The notes beneath the pieces were generated by a model. The model worked only from the letters and a program-made list of their open reading frames with translations. It did not search any database and was not told where the DNA came from. The position numbers and the translations under genes were made by a program. Of a stretch of 33,711 nt of DNA, positions 1 through 8,462 are shown one piece after another; position 1 is the first letter of the stretch; each line of letters opens with the position of its first letter. The stretch comes from a virus (lineage: Duplodnaviria > Caudoviricetes). The stretch spans positions 1 through 33,711 of the IMG/VR virus record IMGVR_UViG_3300038674_000426; one strand, written 5' to 3'.

Positions 1-149
1 TATAAACGTTTCGTTATTTTATATTATTGCCATCATGATTTTCTTCGCGCGAATCTAACGCAAATCCTCGCGAATCCCTCTGCGAGAATATACTTTTCTG
101 TTCTCTAGTAATACCGTAGTAACACGAATAATCTAAATAGGGTAATCAG

Positions 150-168
150 AGGGAAAGTATTATATATG
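150..168 (+). promoter_or_regulatory. Archaeal BRE+TATA promoter of the small plus-strand operon
   Basis: GGGAAAG-TATTATATA about 50 nt upstream of ATG 213, with a GAGGTGA RBS at 200-206. Confidence 0.6.
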
Positions 169-212
169 TCTCCCGCTAAGTATAGCATAGTGAAAAACTG
201 AGGTGAACTAAG

Positions 213-380
213 ATGAGAAAAGATACATGCGCGGGATGGAAACACCATCCATCATGGGAACACGAAATTGAGAAAAACACGAATGGTGACGCCATAGGAT
301 GCCACCTCAAGAATAGATCACAGAGTTGGTATTGTAACGAATGCAGATACAGAGATTCGGGAGAACTGCCAAAGGAGTGA
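213..380 (+). CDS. Small Cys/His-rich hypothetical protein (55 aa, not in ORF track)
   Basis: MRKDTCAGWKHHPSWEHEIEKNTNGDAIGCHLKNRSQSWYCNECRYRDSGELPKE; GAGGTGA RBS; TGATG overlap with the next ORF. Confidence 0.7.
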   Translation: MRKDTCAGWKHHPSWEHEIEKNTNGDAIGCHLKNRSQSWYCNECRYRDSGELPKE

Positions 381-547
381 TGAAGATGACAATAAGAACA
401 ATCTGCGAAAAATGCGGCAAAGTAGTACGGTACACGGACGACAGCCAACAGGAATATGAAGCTATGACAAACCCAGATCAGTTCTGTGTTTGTTGGATGG
501 AGGAAGACCGAGATGAAAGTATACCAGCTTATTACGGCTCTAGCTGA
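380..547 (+). CDS. Small Zn-finger hypothetical protein
   Basis: Start moved to ATG 380 (TGATG coupling); CEKC...CVC motif. Confidence 0.65.
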   Translation: MKMTIRTICEKCGKVVRYTDDSQQEYEAMTNPDQFCVCWMEEDRDESIPAYYGSS

Positions 548-680
548 CTACCAGCTAGACGACGATGTATTTTTTGATGTACGTCGAAACTATGAAGACC
601 GACCAGATGATTTCTTGGACGTGACCGATATGGAATATGACGCAGGGAGAAAAGCCGTCATTATTACAGTGGAGGATTGA
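513..680 (+). CDS. Small acidic hypothetical protein
   Basis: MKVYQLITALADY...; GGAGG upstream of ATG 513. Confidence 0.7.
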   Translation: MKVYQLITALADYQLDDDVFFDVRRNYEDRPDDFLDVTDMEYDAGRKAVIITVED

Positions 681-682
681 AA

Positions 683-835
683 ATGGAATCATTTCTTATG
701 TTTGATAAACTTAGATGTTATCCGTGTTATCATAACGGAAATTATTTAATTGGATGTATAGAAGACGATGGGAGATTTATATTTTGCAAAGACTGTTTCG
801 ATAAAATATTTTGCCCCAAATATAAAAAAGACTAA
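683..835 (+). CDS. Small Zn-finger hypothetical protein (50 aa, not in ORF track)
   Basis: GGAGG RBS; CYPC...CKDC motifs; stop overlaps the stop of the convergent gene. Confidence 0.6.
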   Translation: MESFLMFDKLRCYPCYHNGNYLIGCIEDDGRFIFCKDCFDKIFCPKYKKD

Positions 836-1317
836 TCATCATTAATCAAATCAACTAAACTCTTTTTATTATTTTCGTCTAATTGTAATCCGATTTCTGC
901 TTTTTTATTCTGCGTTTCATATAATAACTTTTGGGTATCTATAACAGCTTTATTATAAACTTCTTCTAATCTCGCAAAAGTATAATAATCTTTCGGATTA
1001 GTAACACCGCCCTCAAGTTGATCAAATGCTTCATTCACTTTAGATCTATATTTAGAAAGAATTATTTGAGCTTCCGCCAATTCGGAAATTATCGAATCTT
1101 CCAAAACTTCTATCTGCTTACGTCGGATATCTTCTATTGCAGCATCATTTAATTCTTTCAGATCCTGTCTATAACCACGTATGACCTGGGACACTTCATT
1201 ATGAGAAATCGAAAAATTGAAAACGTCTTCTAACTCTTCTTTTAATTGGTAACATGATTTACGACAATTTAATCTTAAATATTTTGCCATGTCGTCTGTT
1301 AACCAATCATGTACCAT
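832..1317 (-). CDS. HTH/coiled-coil protein, possibly a terminase small subunit
   Basis: GGGTGA RBS; helical HTH-like N-terminus followed by long amphipathic helices; no terL adjacent, so the function is a guess. Confidence 0.35.
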   Translation of the reverse strand: MVHDWLTDDMAKYLRLNCRKSCYQLKEELEDVFNFSISHNEVSQVIRGYRQDLKELNDAAIEDIRRKQIEVLEDSIISELAEAQIILSKYRSKVNEAFDQLEGGVTNPKDYYTFARLEEVYNKAVIDTQKLLYETQNKKAEIGLQLDENNKKSLVDLINDD

Positions 1318-1457
1318 TTTTAATCACCCATTTTTATTTTTTTATTATAATTAATATAATAATTATTTTAAAATTTTTATTATTATAATTCACGTATCAT
1401 GTCATGAAATAACGTATCAGATAAATAACTATAATTCGACGCGAACGGGAAAAATTA

Positions 1458-1913
1458 TTAGCGTGATTTTTTTCTTAACTTCATAATATTTTTCCAATCG
1501 TCCAACGTTAGACCGTAATCATCGACATCATCTATTTCTTCATTTTTATATTTCTTTTTTATTACCTGCATATTATAAATGTCGATCTCGCCAATAATTA
1601 ACCCGCACTTCTCACATTGAACTTCAAAATTATTATTATAATAAAGATGTGATCCACATTCTTCACATTTCGCTGGTTTACTTCTCACGTATTCAAATCC
1701 GGTATACTCATCTGTATACTCTACATATTCCGAATCCAACCGCGTATTGACTTTTGTTGAATGTCCAAATGCGGTTCTACCCATCATATAAACCATTTTA
1801 GGAAGATGACCACGTTTAATTAATTCTCTATTTCTTGCAGTCCATCTTCCGTTTTTTATTTCAAACATTGTATTTTTTCCATTAATTACTTTTGTTTGGC
1901 GGCAAGTGTCCAT
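1458..1913 (-). CDS. Protein with a TFIIB(TFB)-type zinc ribbon
   Basis: CEECGSHLYYNNNFEVQCEKCGLII matches the CxxCGS...ExxCxxCGLV(I) TFIIB ribbon pattern. Confidence 0.65.
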   Translation of the reverse strand: MDTCRQTKVINGKNTMFEIKNGRWTARNRELIKRGHLPKMVYMMGRTAFGHSTKVNTRLDSEYVEYTDEYTGFEYVRSKPAKCEECGSHLYYNNNFEVQCEKCGLIIGEIDIYNMQVIKKKYKNEEIDDVDDYGLTLDDWKNIMKLRKKSR

Positions 1914-1918
1914 AAGCT

Positions 1919-2149
1919 TTACTTTATAAAATACTTATATTCATAACGGTTAATATCTTTATTAAACCATCGAATACATTTTATCGAATCCATTTTATTT
2001 AATCTTCTTGATAATTTCCGTAAGTACCACGTTCCCTCCATCATCGATAATTTTTTAAGAAGTTCTTTTCGTGTTATTCCTGGATTATTTCGTACTATTA
2101 CAGATATTTGAAATTTCTCATAATCGATTCGTCGTTGTCTTCCTAACAT
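1919..2149 (-). CDS. Winged-helix DNA-binding protein
   Basis: IVRNNPGITRKELLKKL wHTH pattern; basic protein. Confidence 0.55.
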   Translation of the reverse strand: MLGRQRRIDYEKFQISVIVRNNPGITRKELLKKLSMMEGTWYLRKLSRRLNKMDSIKCIRWFNKDINRYEYKYFIK

Positions 2150-2465
2150 TTTTACGAATTTCCTCTACAACTTCATTCCAAATTTTTTCATAAAGTTCAT
2201 ACACATCAAATCCATTACTCACTATAAATTCCTTATTATTCTCATTATAGACCATATCAATATATCGAACTAAAATAACTCCATTTTTATATTCTGCATC
2301 GAATATATATCTATCGTATAACTCTCCTCGATCATATCCTGGAAGATAAAAGTGCAATCTCCCTCCTCGATAATTCCCTTTCCGATTCACCAAAATTTTT
2401 ATAAAAAGTAATTTGTCCCATTTCTGGAACCCACTTCTTAATAAAAGTTCTTCTGTCGCATCCAT
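2118..2465 (-). CDS. Hypothetical protein
   Basis: ORF in operon context. Confidence 0.6.
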   Translation of the reverse strand: MDATEELLLRSGFQKWDKLLFIKILVNRKGNYRGGRLHFYLPGYDRGELYDRYIFDAEYKNGVILVRYIDMVYNENNKEFIVSNGFDVYELYEKIWNEVVEEIRKNVRKTTTNRL

Positions 2466-2470
2466 TTATA

Positions 2471-2668
2471 TCACTTCAAATCATAATATCCGTCTTCCAG
2501 CGTCACTATACCATTTTCGGAAACGTTATAATTCCATGCGCAACTGACGACAAAAATTATTTCGTCAGTTGTAGTGTTCTCCGGTATTCGTTCCAAATCA
2601 TTCACTAAATCTTCTATCGTTGCTCCGCCAGATATCCCTACCAATACCAACATTATCAGCCATTTCAT
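2471..2668 (-). CDS. Small secreted/membrane-anchored hypothetical protein
   Basis: N-terminal hydrophobic signal MKWLIMLVLVGISGG; own promoter about 30 nt upstream. Confidence 0.55.
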   Translation of the reverse strand: MKWLIMLVLVGISGGATIEDLVNDLERIPENTTTDEIIFVVSCAWNYNVSENGIVTLEDGYYDLK

Positions 2669-2690
2669 AATTGCCTATACGTACTTAATA

Positions 2691-2707
2691 CTATATAAAC
2701 TTTTCGG
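2691..2707 (-). promoter_or_regulatory. Archaeal BRE+TATA promoter (leaderless)
   Basis: Minus strand CCGAAAAG-TTTATATA, first T about 31 nt before ATG 2668. Confidence 0.65.
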
Positions 2708-2899
2708 TCAAACATTATTAACTACATATAATAAAAATGCAGTTATCAAAAAGAATATCGTGAAACATATTAAATTTTGCGGAATCTCGCTTTTTCCTAG
2801 AATGTCACTTGCAAATACTATACATAATATACTAAAAAATAAAATTATTATGTATAGTCCGACATGTATAAAATCAAATATCATCGTTGTCTTCTCCAC
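2708..2899 (-). CDS. Small two-TM membrane protein
   Basis: Two hydrophobic stretches. Confidence 0.5.
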   Translation of the reverse strand: MEKTTMIFDFIHVGLYIIILFFSILCIVFASDILGKSEIPQNLICFTIFFLITAFLLYVVNNV

Positions 2900-3237
2900 A
2901 TAACATTAGGATCTATTGTAGAGGTGGTATACCAACTATGATTATGTAACACTGATTTTTTAATATTATTATCATCATATAATTTTAATCCATTTAATCC
3001 GAGCCCTATGATATCCACCCAAAGATCGCGTGAAATTTCTCCTCCAAATCCTCTCTTAAGTTTTTCAACAAGTCTTAACAAAATAGCAATATCATTATAC
3101 TTATCTGGTGATATACCATCAGGAGCAAAAAGTTTAAGAAGTTCTGATGAAATTCCGTAGCAATTCCCATACTCTTCATTTTTCTGATCAACTAATTGCG
3201 CAACTTCTTTTGCAAGTTCTTCAAAACGTGTCATCAA
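2881..3237 (-). CDS. DUF1599/Nmad1-like (MazG-superfamily, nucleotide-modification-associated) protein
   Basis: KNEEYG...LRLVEKLKR...DLWVDIIG pattern resembles the KxxDYG / RxxDKxxR / DxxxDxxGY family motifs. Confidence 0.6.
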   Translation of the reverse strand: MMTRFEELAKEVAQLVDQKNEEYGNCYGISSELLKLFAPDGISPDKYNDIAILLRLVEKLKRGFGGEISRDLWVDIIGLGLNGLKLYDDNNIKKSVLHNHSWYTTSTIDPNVMWRRQR

Positions 3238-3452
3238 TAACTCCTCGTATAATTTATATCTGTATAAATATATAAAGTATCATTTGTTTCTTTTATATCA
3301 GTAATATTTTCTTTATGTATTGCAACAGTCAAATTACTACGAACTGCTTTATCACAACTAATGGAACTATTTTCTAAACTCTCTGAATTCTCTTCTAAAC
3401 ATCCACAAGATGCTAACACTAATATAATTCCAAAAATATAATAAAGTTTCAT
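3234..3452 (-). CDS. Small putative lipoprotein
   Basis: Hydrophobic leader ending LASCGCLE, similar to the euryarchaeal SGC lipobox. Confidence 0.55.
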   Translation of the reverse strand: MKLYYIFGIILVLASCGCLEENSESLENSSISCDKAVRSNLTVAIHKENITDIKETNDTLYIYTDINYTRSY

Positions 3453-3715
3453 CTAATGTTCTCCTCCAAAAACTTATAATCAAGTTGTGTAGAATCTAAA
3501 CAAAGTTGCCGTTCTGTATAACAAACATTTCCAGAAATTAGAACCGGCAAACTCATGCTAGCATTTCCACGTCTCGCAGTTTCGCGTATAAGATCTCCTA
3601 CAATAAAATCCTCATCAATCATCATCTGTCTAAAATCCACACCGTTATCTCGCATCCACTTCTTCAACATTTTGCATCTGTTACAATCCGGTCCGGAATA
3701 TAATAGCCATCTCAT
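3449..3715 (-). CDS. nrdH: Glutaredoxin/NrdH-like redoxin
   Basis: YSGPDCNRC (CxxC) followed by a helix, and SLPVL cis-Pro motif. Confidence 0.7.
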   Translation of the reverse strand: MRWLLYSGPDCNRCKMLKKWMRDNGVDFRQMMIDEDFIVGDLIRETARRGNASMSLPVLISGNVCYTERQLCLDSTQLDYKFLEENIR

Positions 3716-4458
3716 TATGCAACCTCACCATACTTTTCCAATAACACGTTTTTACGTCTTCTTAATACTCCATACTCTAACATGGATCTTTCACTTGGAT
3801 AAACGACTTTCAAAATATCTTTCCAATCTCTCTCATAACTGTGCAAAGAACTTGAAACTGTTGTAATCTTCCCACAATCTAAATTAGTTTCTTTACCAAC
3901 AAATTTCAATAGTTCATTTAATCCGTAAACGTTCGCAGGATATGCCATTATATCTTGACTTCTAAAATAAGCAACTAGAGTCAATAGTTCTTTGTTGACT
4001 TTGAAATCACATATTTGGAGACATGGAATATCTACTTCGGCATAATCTTCTAGTGGATCTAACGTTATTGCAATTGCTCTTCTTGAAATTTTATTATATG
4101 TCAACTCTTCTATAACTTGTTCCATAATTTGATTTATAGTAGCGCGATGTGAATTCGACGGCCAACATAATAATCTTTCCCCGTAAGTATATTCAAATCC
4201 TTTATCATTTATCGGATTTAAAAACTGTTTCCCGTACTCTTCTAAATACTTCTTATTATATGGATATCCATTCGGAATTTGTCGGTCATCTGGCATCGAA
4301 ATATCTATAACAACATTATCAAGATTTAATGTAAATTGCTCCTCAATTGACTCCCTAGTTTCGTCTCGGATCATCTCGCCATTCTTAACCAATTTCTTTA
4401 TGAGTTTCGGCCATGTTTTAAATACAGTTCCGCCAAAAATATAAGAAGTCATTTCCAT
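3715..4458 (-). CDS. thyA: Thymidylate synthase, archaeal type
   Basis: YTYGERL, SRRA, PCLQ (catalytic Cys), FRSQD, PAN (dUMP-specifying Asn), SLHSY. Confidence 0.9.
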   Translation of the reverse strand: MEMTSYIFGGTVFKTWPKLIKKLVKNGEMIRDETRESIEEQFTLNLDNVVIDISMPDDRQIPNGYPYNKKYLEEYGKQFLNPINDKGFEYTYGERLLCWPSNSHRATINQIMEQVIEELTYNKISRRAIAITLDPLEDYAEVDIPCLQICDFKVNKELLTLVAYFRSQDIMAYPANVYGLNELLKFVGKETNLDCGKITTVSSSLHSYERDWKDILKVVYPSERSMLEYGVLRRRKNVLLEKYGEVA

Positions 4459-4676
4459 CTCCGATTCAAAGCATCACTTACAATATTTGCTAAGTCTTCA
4501 GCCAAATCAAGTCTATTTGCGTCAATACATTTTTTCTGAAGTCGCAAACACATTTCTATCTGATAAAAAAATGTGTGATCTTCACAACTCTTGAAAAAAT
4601 TTTCGCGAATTGCATTCACTCGACTATCCAAATCAAGTTTTACATAAATTTTAATCTCTCCCATAATCATCTTCAA
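4449..4676 (-). CDS. Hypothetical protein
   Basis: ORF in operon context; exact start uncertain. Confidence 0.55.
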   Translation of the reverse strand: MKMIMGEIKIYVKLDLDSRVNAIRENFFKSCEDHTFFYQIEMCLRLQKKCIDANRLDLAEDLANIVSDALNRRWK

Positions 4677-4950
4677 GTTCTTTAACTTCGAATCTGGCTA
4701 GCTCCACCCAATCTTTCAACTCATTTATTACATCTAAAATATTGTTAGACTCTATTTCGTGATGTCTTGATCCATCGTCCAATGTTAAACAATATGAATA
4801 AAATTCTACTCTTATCAATCCATCACTGGCAAAAAATATTCCTATATTTGGCTCAAATGATTTATAATGTATACTCAGTTCTACTGCACGTTTTCCAAGT
4901 CTCATCAGTTCGTTAACACAATACATAAATTCAGAATCAATATCAATCAT
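4651..4950 (-). CDS. Hypothetical protein
   Basis: AGGTG RBS; operon context. Confidence 0.65.
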   Translation of the reverse strand: MIDIDSEFMYCVNELMRLGKRAVELSIHYKSFEPNIGIFFASDGLIRVEFYSYCLTLDDGSRHHEIESNNILDVINELKDWVELARFEVKELEDDYGRD

Positions 4951-4958
4951 GATAACAC

Positions 4959-5219
4959 CTACGAATAATTAACATCATTCTTTTGTGGAAGCAATTCAGA
5001 ATCTTGAATCATTTTTTGATACTGTTGAATTTCGCCATCGTATCCGCCTAAAAATATATTAATAAGTTCTATTATTGCATCCATATCCATGTAAATACTA
5101 TTAGGAAGTCCACCATTATATATTAATATTTCTATATTTCCTTCTTCATCAAAATGCTCTGTAATTTCCATCTCAGCAGAACATTCTGCATCCCCGCAAC
5201 TACATTTTATCCGATACAT
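4959..5219 (-). CDS. Hypothetical protein
   Basis: CSC...C N-terminus; operon context. Confidence 0.6.
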   Translation of the reverse strand: MYRIKCSCGDAECSAEMEITEHFDEEGNIEILIYNGGLPNSIYMDMDAIIELINIFLGGYDGEIQQYQKMIQDSELLPQKNDVNYS

Positions 5220-5242
5220 ACTAGTACTTATACGATCTTATA

Positions 5243-5869
5243 CTATTTAAAACTTTCGCTCTTCAATAACGTGCAACATTCATTTATAGAATCTTTATTT
5301 TGTTCATACTGTTCCCATTTTTTTAATGATGTAATTGAAATTGATAATGTTTCTTTAGTATTTATAATATCCCCTGGAATAAACCATACATGCATAACAT
5401 TTAAATCATGTCGATTATCAAATCCTACACAAATAAAATAATCTGCAATAATATTTTTCCCTATGTGAAAAAACCATCGTTGTGATCCACTTTTTCTATC
5501 ATGTAATACAGAAGATTTTCCATCTACTTTATATCCTTTTCCACAAATAAAATCATAGCCAATGTTTCCATTTTTCATAACGGTTACATTATTAAATATT
5601 TTATGAAGAAGTGATTCCGTTATATACACTCCTAAATATGCAGGACATTCTATATTATCGCCCATCGGTCCTTTATCTGCTCTATATTTATAATTACGCA
5701 ATCGTGCATCTAATCTACTTTTTTCAATATCTTTTCTATAATAATTATGGTGATATTCTCTTTCACATTTTTTACAATATGTACTTAATCCATCGCGTCT
5801 GGCAGAATTTTTATAAAAATTACTTTTTGGCAATATTCTATTACATCTTGGACATTTCTTGTGTGACAT
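5243..5869 (-). CDS. Free-standing endonuclease: N-terminal Zn finger plus PD-(D/E)xK-like domain
   Basis: KKCPRC...F...DGLSTYCKKC zinc finger typical of phage homing endonucleases; GYDFIC...KVDGKSS nuclease-like motif. Confidence 0.6.
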   Translation of the reverse strand: MSHKKCPRCNRILPKSNFYKNSARRDGLSTYCKKCEREYHHNYYRKDIEKSRLDARLRNYKYRADKGPMGDNIECPAYLGVYITESLLHKIFNNVTVMKNGNIGYDFICGKGYKVDGKSSVLHDRKSGSQRWFFHIGKNIIADYFICVGFDNRHDLNVMHVWFIPGDIINTKETLSISITSLKKWEQYEQNKDSINECCTLLKSESFK

Positions 5870-5890
5870 GTCATATCACTTTGTTTTCAT

Positions 5891-5908
5891 ATTATATAAC
5901 CTTTTCGC
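5891..5908 (-). promoter_or_regulatory. Archaeal BRE+TATA promoter
   Basis: Minus strand GCGAAAAGG-TTATATAAT about 30 nt before ATG 5869. Confidence 0.6.
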
Positions 5909-8289
5909 TACCATCTGTCGAAAGTTGTTTGTCCTTTGTTTAATAACAATGGAGACATATTAAAAACGTCAAAGATGCGCTCCAATGGAGGATACATTTG
6001 CCTATTTATATAATAATCGGAATCTAATTTATATCTTCCATTTAATATGTCTTCAGGCAATACAGATTTTTGATGCAATAACTCTTTAGAATTTCCACGC
6101 CGAATAATATATCCAACTCGGTCTCCTAATCCAAATTCATTTCTATTTTCTTTCATGAGTCGTTTAACTAATTCCGCATGTGGTTGTAAATTAGTATATT
6201 CAATTCTTCCATATTTTTTTGTTATAATAAAATCGTCAAGAGAAACGTTAGCATTATTATCATCATTAATATTATAATTCCGAATAGCAGATATAGCATT
6301 TTGTGCATATTGTAATGCTCCGTTCAAATCGTCTTCTTTTAATATTAAATCAAATACACGTTGCATAGTTTTAACTGTTATTGGTGCCCAATCTCTTCTT
6401 CTGAGTTCTATTCCTCTAATTTTATATTTATCATCATTATCTAATAGGATATATCTCTTTTTTGCAAAAAATATTCCACTTTTAAAAAAATGTTCAAATA
6501 AAAATTTCATCGGATCTATTAAACTATCGTTGATCTTTTTCAGTGTTGGTTCTAATTCTATTGCAATATCTTTCTCAGATTTCCATGTTGGCATTCCTAT
6601 AAACACACTATCGGTATCTCCACCAAATACCTCATATCCATCATTTTTAATAATGTTCATTGCTAATAATACTGCATCCCGTCCAATAGATGTTATAGAC
6701 GCTGCTACATCTTTAATATAAAATCTACTTCCCACAAATCCAGTTAATCCATACATAGAATTTAAATATATTTTAATAGCATATTGTATAGAGTCCAAGT
6801 AATCTAACTCCGCTTTATCGTTAGTAATTTTCATTTTTGCTTTTGCATCCAATCTCTTTTGAAACAATTTATCTAAAACTCTCGGAATGATTCCAACATA
6901 TATATCTCTTGAAATATATTTAGCGCCATTCGGAGCAATTATAGTTCCGTCTTCAGACAATGACGTAACACATACATTATGGGAAATCATACTTGTGGGA
7001 TAAAGAGACTGCGCGTCCACAACCGCAATATTTTTATGAAGTCCAAGAACGGGATCTCCTACAAACGCTCCTTCGTACTTTCCGCATTTTTTTCTCTCTT
7101 CCATCTCTGCTTCTGTAGGTCTATTTGGAAACAGTCGATTCTCTTTATAAAATTCTTTTAATAATAATGGTTCTATTAACTGCGTTTGACCACCATTTAT
7201 CACGTTGTGGAGAAGAGCCCCAGAAATTTTAGCAATTGCAATATATTTATCAAGCAATTTCGTCTCTATGAGTAAATCCAAAGTTAGTTTCGCATCTACT
7301 TCTGCATATTCTAAGAATTCATTAATATCATTATTATTCCAAATCTCCCTCATTTTCGATGCCGGAACATCTAGCTTTTCTTTTCCGATAATTTCTTTCG
7401 CTGTTGTCGCAAGGGAGTAGTTCACCAGTTGAAAATTTTTCTGAATGATCTTCATAACGTCCATGTGGACACGGCCCGTTATCAACGTTTCGACGTTTCC
7501 GCCAAAAGATCTTTGTTGCCATTCCCTATTATCTCTCCCAATATTCGCAATCAAATTATATGTTTGAAGTCTTTGTATAATGTACGGTATATCGAAATGA
7601 TCCCCGTTGTAGTCTATTATTATGTCTGGATCTACTTTTTTAACAAGTTGAATAAATCGGTTTAGTACTGCTAATTCACTTCCTAAAAATTCTCGTTCTG
7701 TTGTATCGGTTCCATCTTTCGCCACCAACAATTTTTTATATCCATCATTACATACTAACGAAATTATAATTATTTGATCATTTTTTGGATTTGGTACGCC
7801 GATTTTCGGCGGGAGCACTTCGATATCATACGCCATTACTTTCGGAATAATTTTTGCTTCAGCTTTTGAAATTTCTGTGTAATGTACGGTTCTATTAAAG
7901 CATTCCAAGTTATCGCAACCGTGAAGATCAACATCTGAAAGAAATTTATTCCTAAATAAAATATCCGCTTCATAAATATTTCCATACTGTGATAACTCCT
8001 CCCGTAACTTCGGTATATTTCCCGGCAAGTCTACAAAAACTTTTATACACTTAGTTTTATTTTTCTGATAATATAACGGTAAATATCTTTCGACAGTTTC
8101 CCATTGAAGTTCCCTGTTGTCTAGCTCTGCTAAAAGTCGCATTTCGTCGGTTGGAATTATATAAAAATATGGTTGAAACCCTGTAACTTCTACGTGGGCA
8201 ACTTCTCCATTTTCTTGACGTCCCCACAAGTCGATTATAGGGTTTCCATAATCAATGTGATACGATATATCAATTAATTGAAACTTCAT
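5908..8289 (-). CDS. polB: Family B DNA polymerase, archaeal PolB3-like, with 3'-5' exonuclease
   Basis: Exo motifs YDIE, YNGDHFDIPYI, YAEVD; Pol motifs DAQSLYP, KIYLNSMYG, GDTDS, KKRY; C-terminal PIP-like QTTFDRW; no intein. Confidence 0.97.
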   Translation of the reverse strand: MKFQLIDISYHIDYGNPIIDLWGRQENGEVAHVEVTGFQPYFYIIPTDEMRLLAELDNRELQWETVERYLPLYYQKNKTKCIKVFVDLPGNIPKLREELSQYGNIYEADILFRNKFLSDVDLHGCDNLECFNRTVHYTEISKAEAKIIPKVMAYDIEVLPPKIGVPNPKNDQIIIISLVCNDGYKKLLVAKDGTDTTEREFLGSELAVLNRFIQLVKKVDPDIIIDYNGDHFDIPYIIQRLQTYNLIANIGRDNREWQQRSFGGNVETLITGRVHMDVMKIIQKNFQLVNYSLATTAKEIIGKEKLDVPASKMREIWNNNDINEFLEYAEVDAKLTLDLLIETKLLDKYIAIAKISGALLHNVINGGQTQLIEPLLLKEFYKENRLFPNRPTEAEMEERKKCGKYEGAFVGDPVLGLHKNIAVVDAQSLYPTSMISHNVCVTSLSEDGTIIAPNGAKYISRDIYVGIIPRVLDKLFQKRLDAKAKMKITNDKAELDYLDSIQYAIKIYLNSMYGLTGFVGSRFYIKDVAASITSIGRDAVLLAMNIIKNDGYEVFGGDTDSVFIGMPTWKSEKDIAIELEPTLKKINDSLIDPMKFLFEHFFKSGIFFAKKRYILLDNDDKYKIRGIELRRRDWAPITVKTMQRVFDLILKEDDLNGALQYAQNAISAIRNYNINDDNNANVSLDDFIITKKYGRIEYTNLQPHAELVKRLMKENRNEFGLGDRVGYIIRRGNSKELLHQKSVLPEDILNGRYKLDSDYYINRQMYPPLERIFDVFNMSPLLLNKGQTTFDRW

Positions 8290-8462
8290 ATATGTTTTCC
8301 AGCATCTTTAAACATTTTCTCAAAACATTCCGCACAAATTCTCCATGTCATATTCGTATGGAAAACTCCACTTTTATAATGTTTATCGCCTGTAATAATA
8401 TAATAGTCTTCATTTCTAGTTACGTTTTTGTCGCACACGTCACAAAAATATTTAACTGACAT
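8286..8462 (-). CDS. Small Zn-finger protein (58 aa, not in ORF track)
   Basis: MSVKYFCDVCDK...WRICAECFEKM; TAATG and ATGA overlaps with both neighbours; GGAGG RBS. Confidence 0.75.
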   Translation of the reverse strand: MSVKYFCDVCDKNVTRNEDYYIITGDKHYKSGVFHTNMTWRICAECFEKMFKDAGKHI

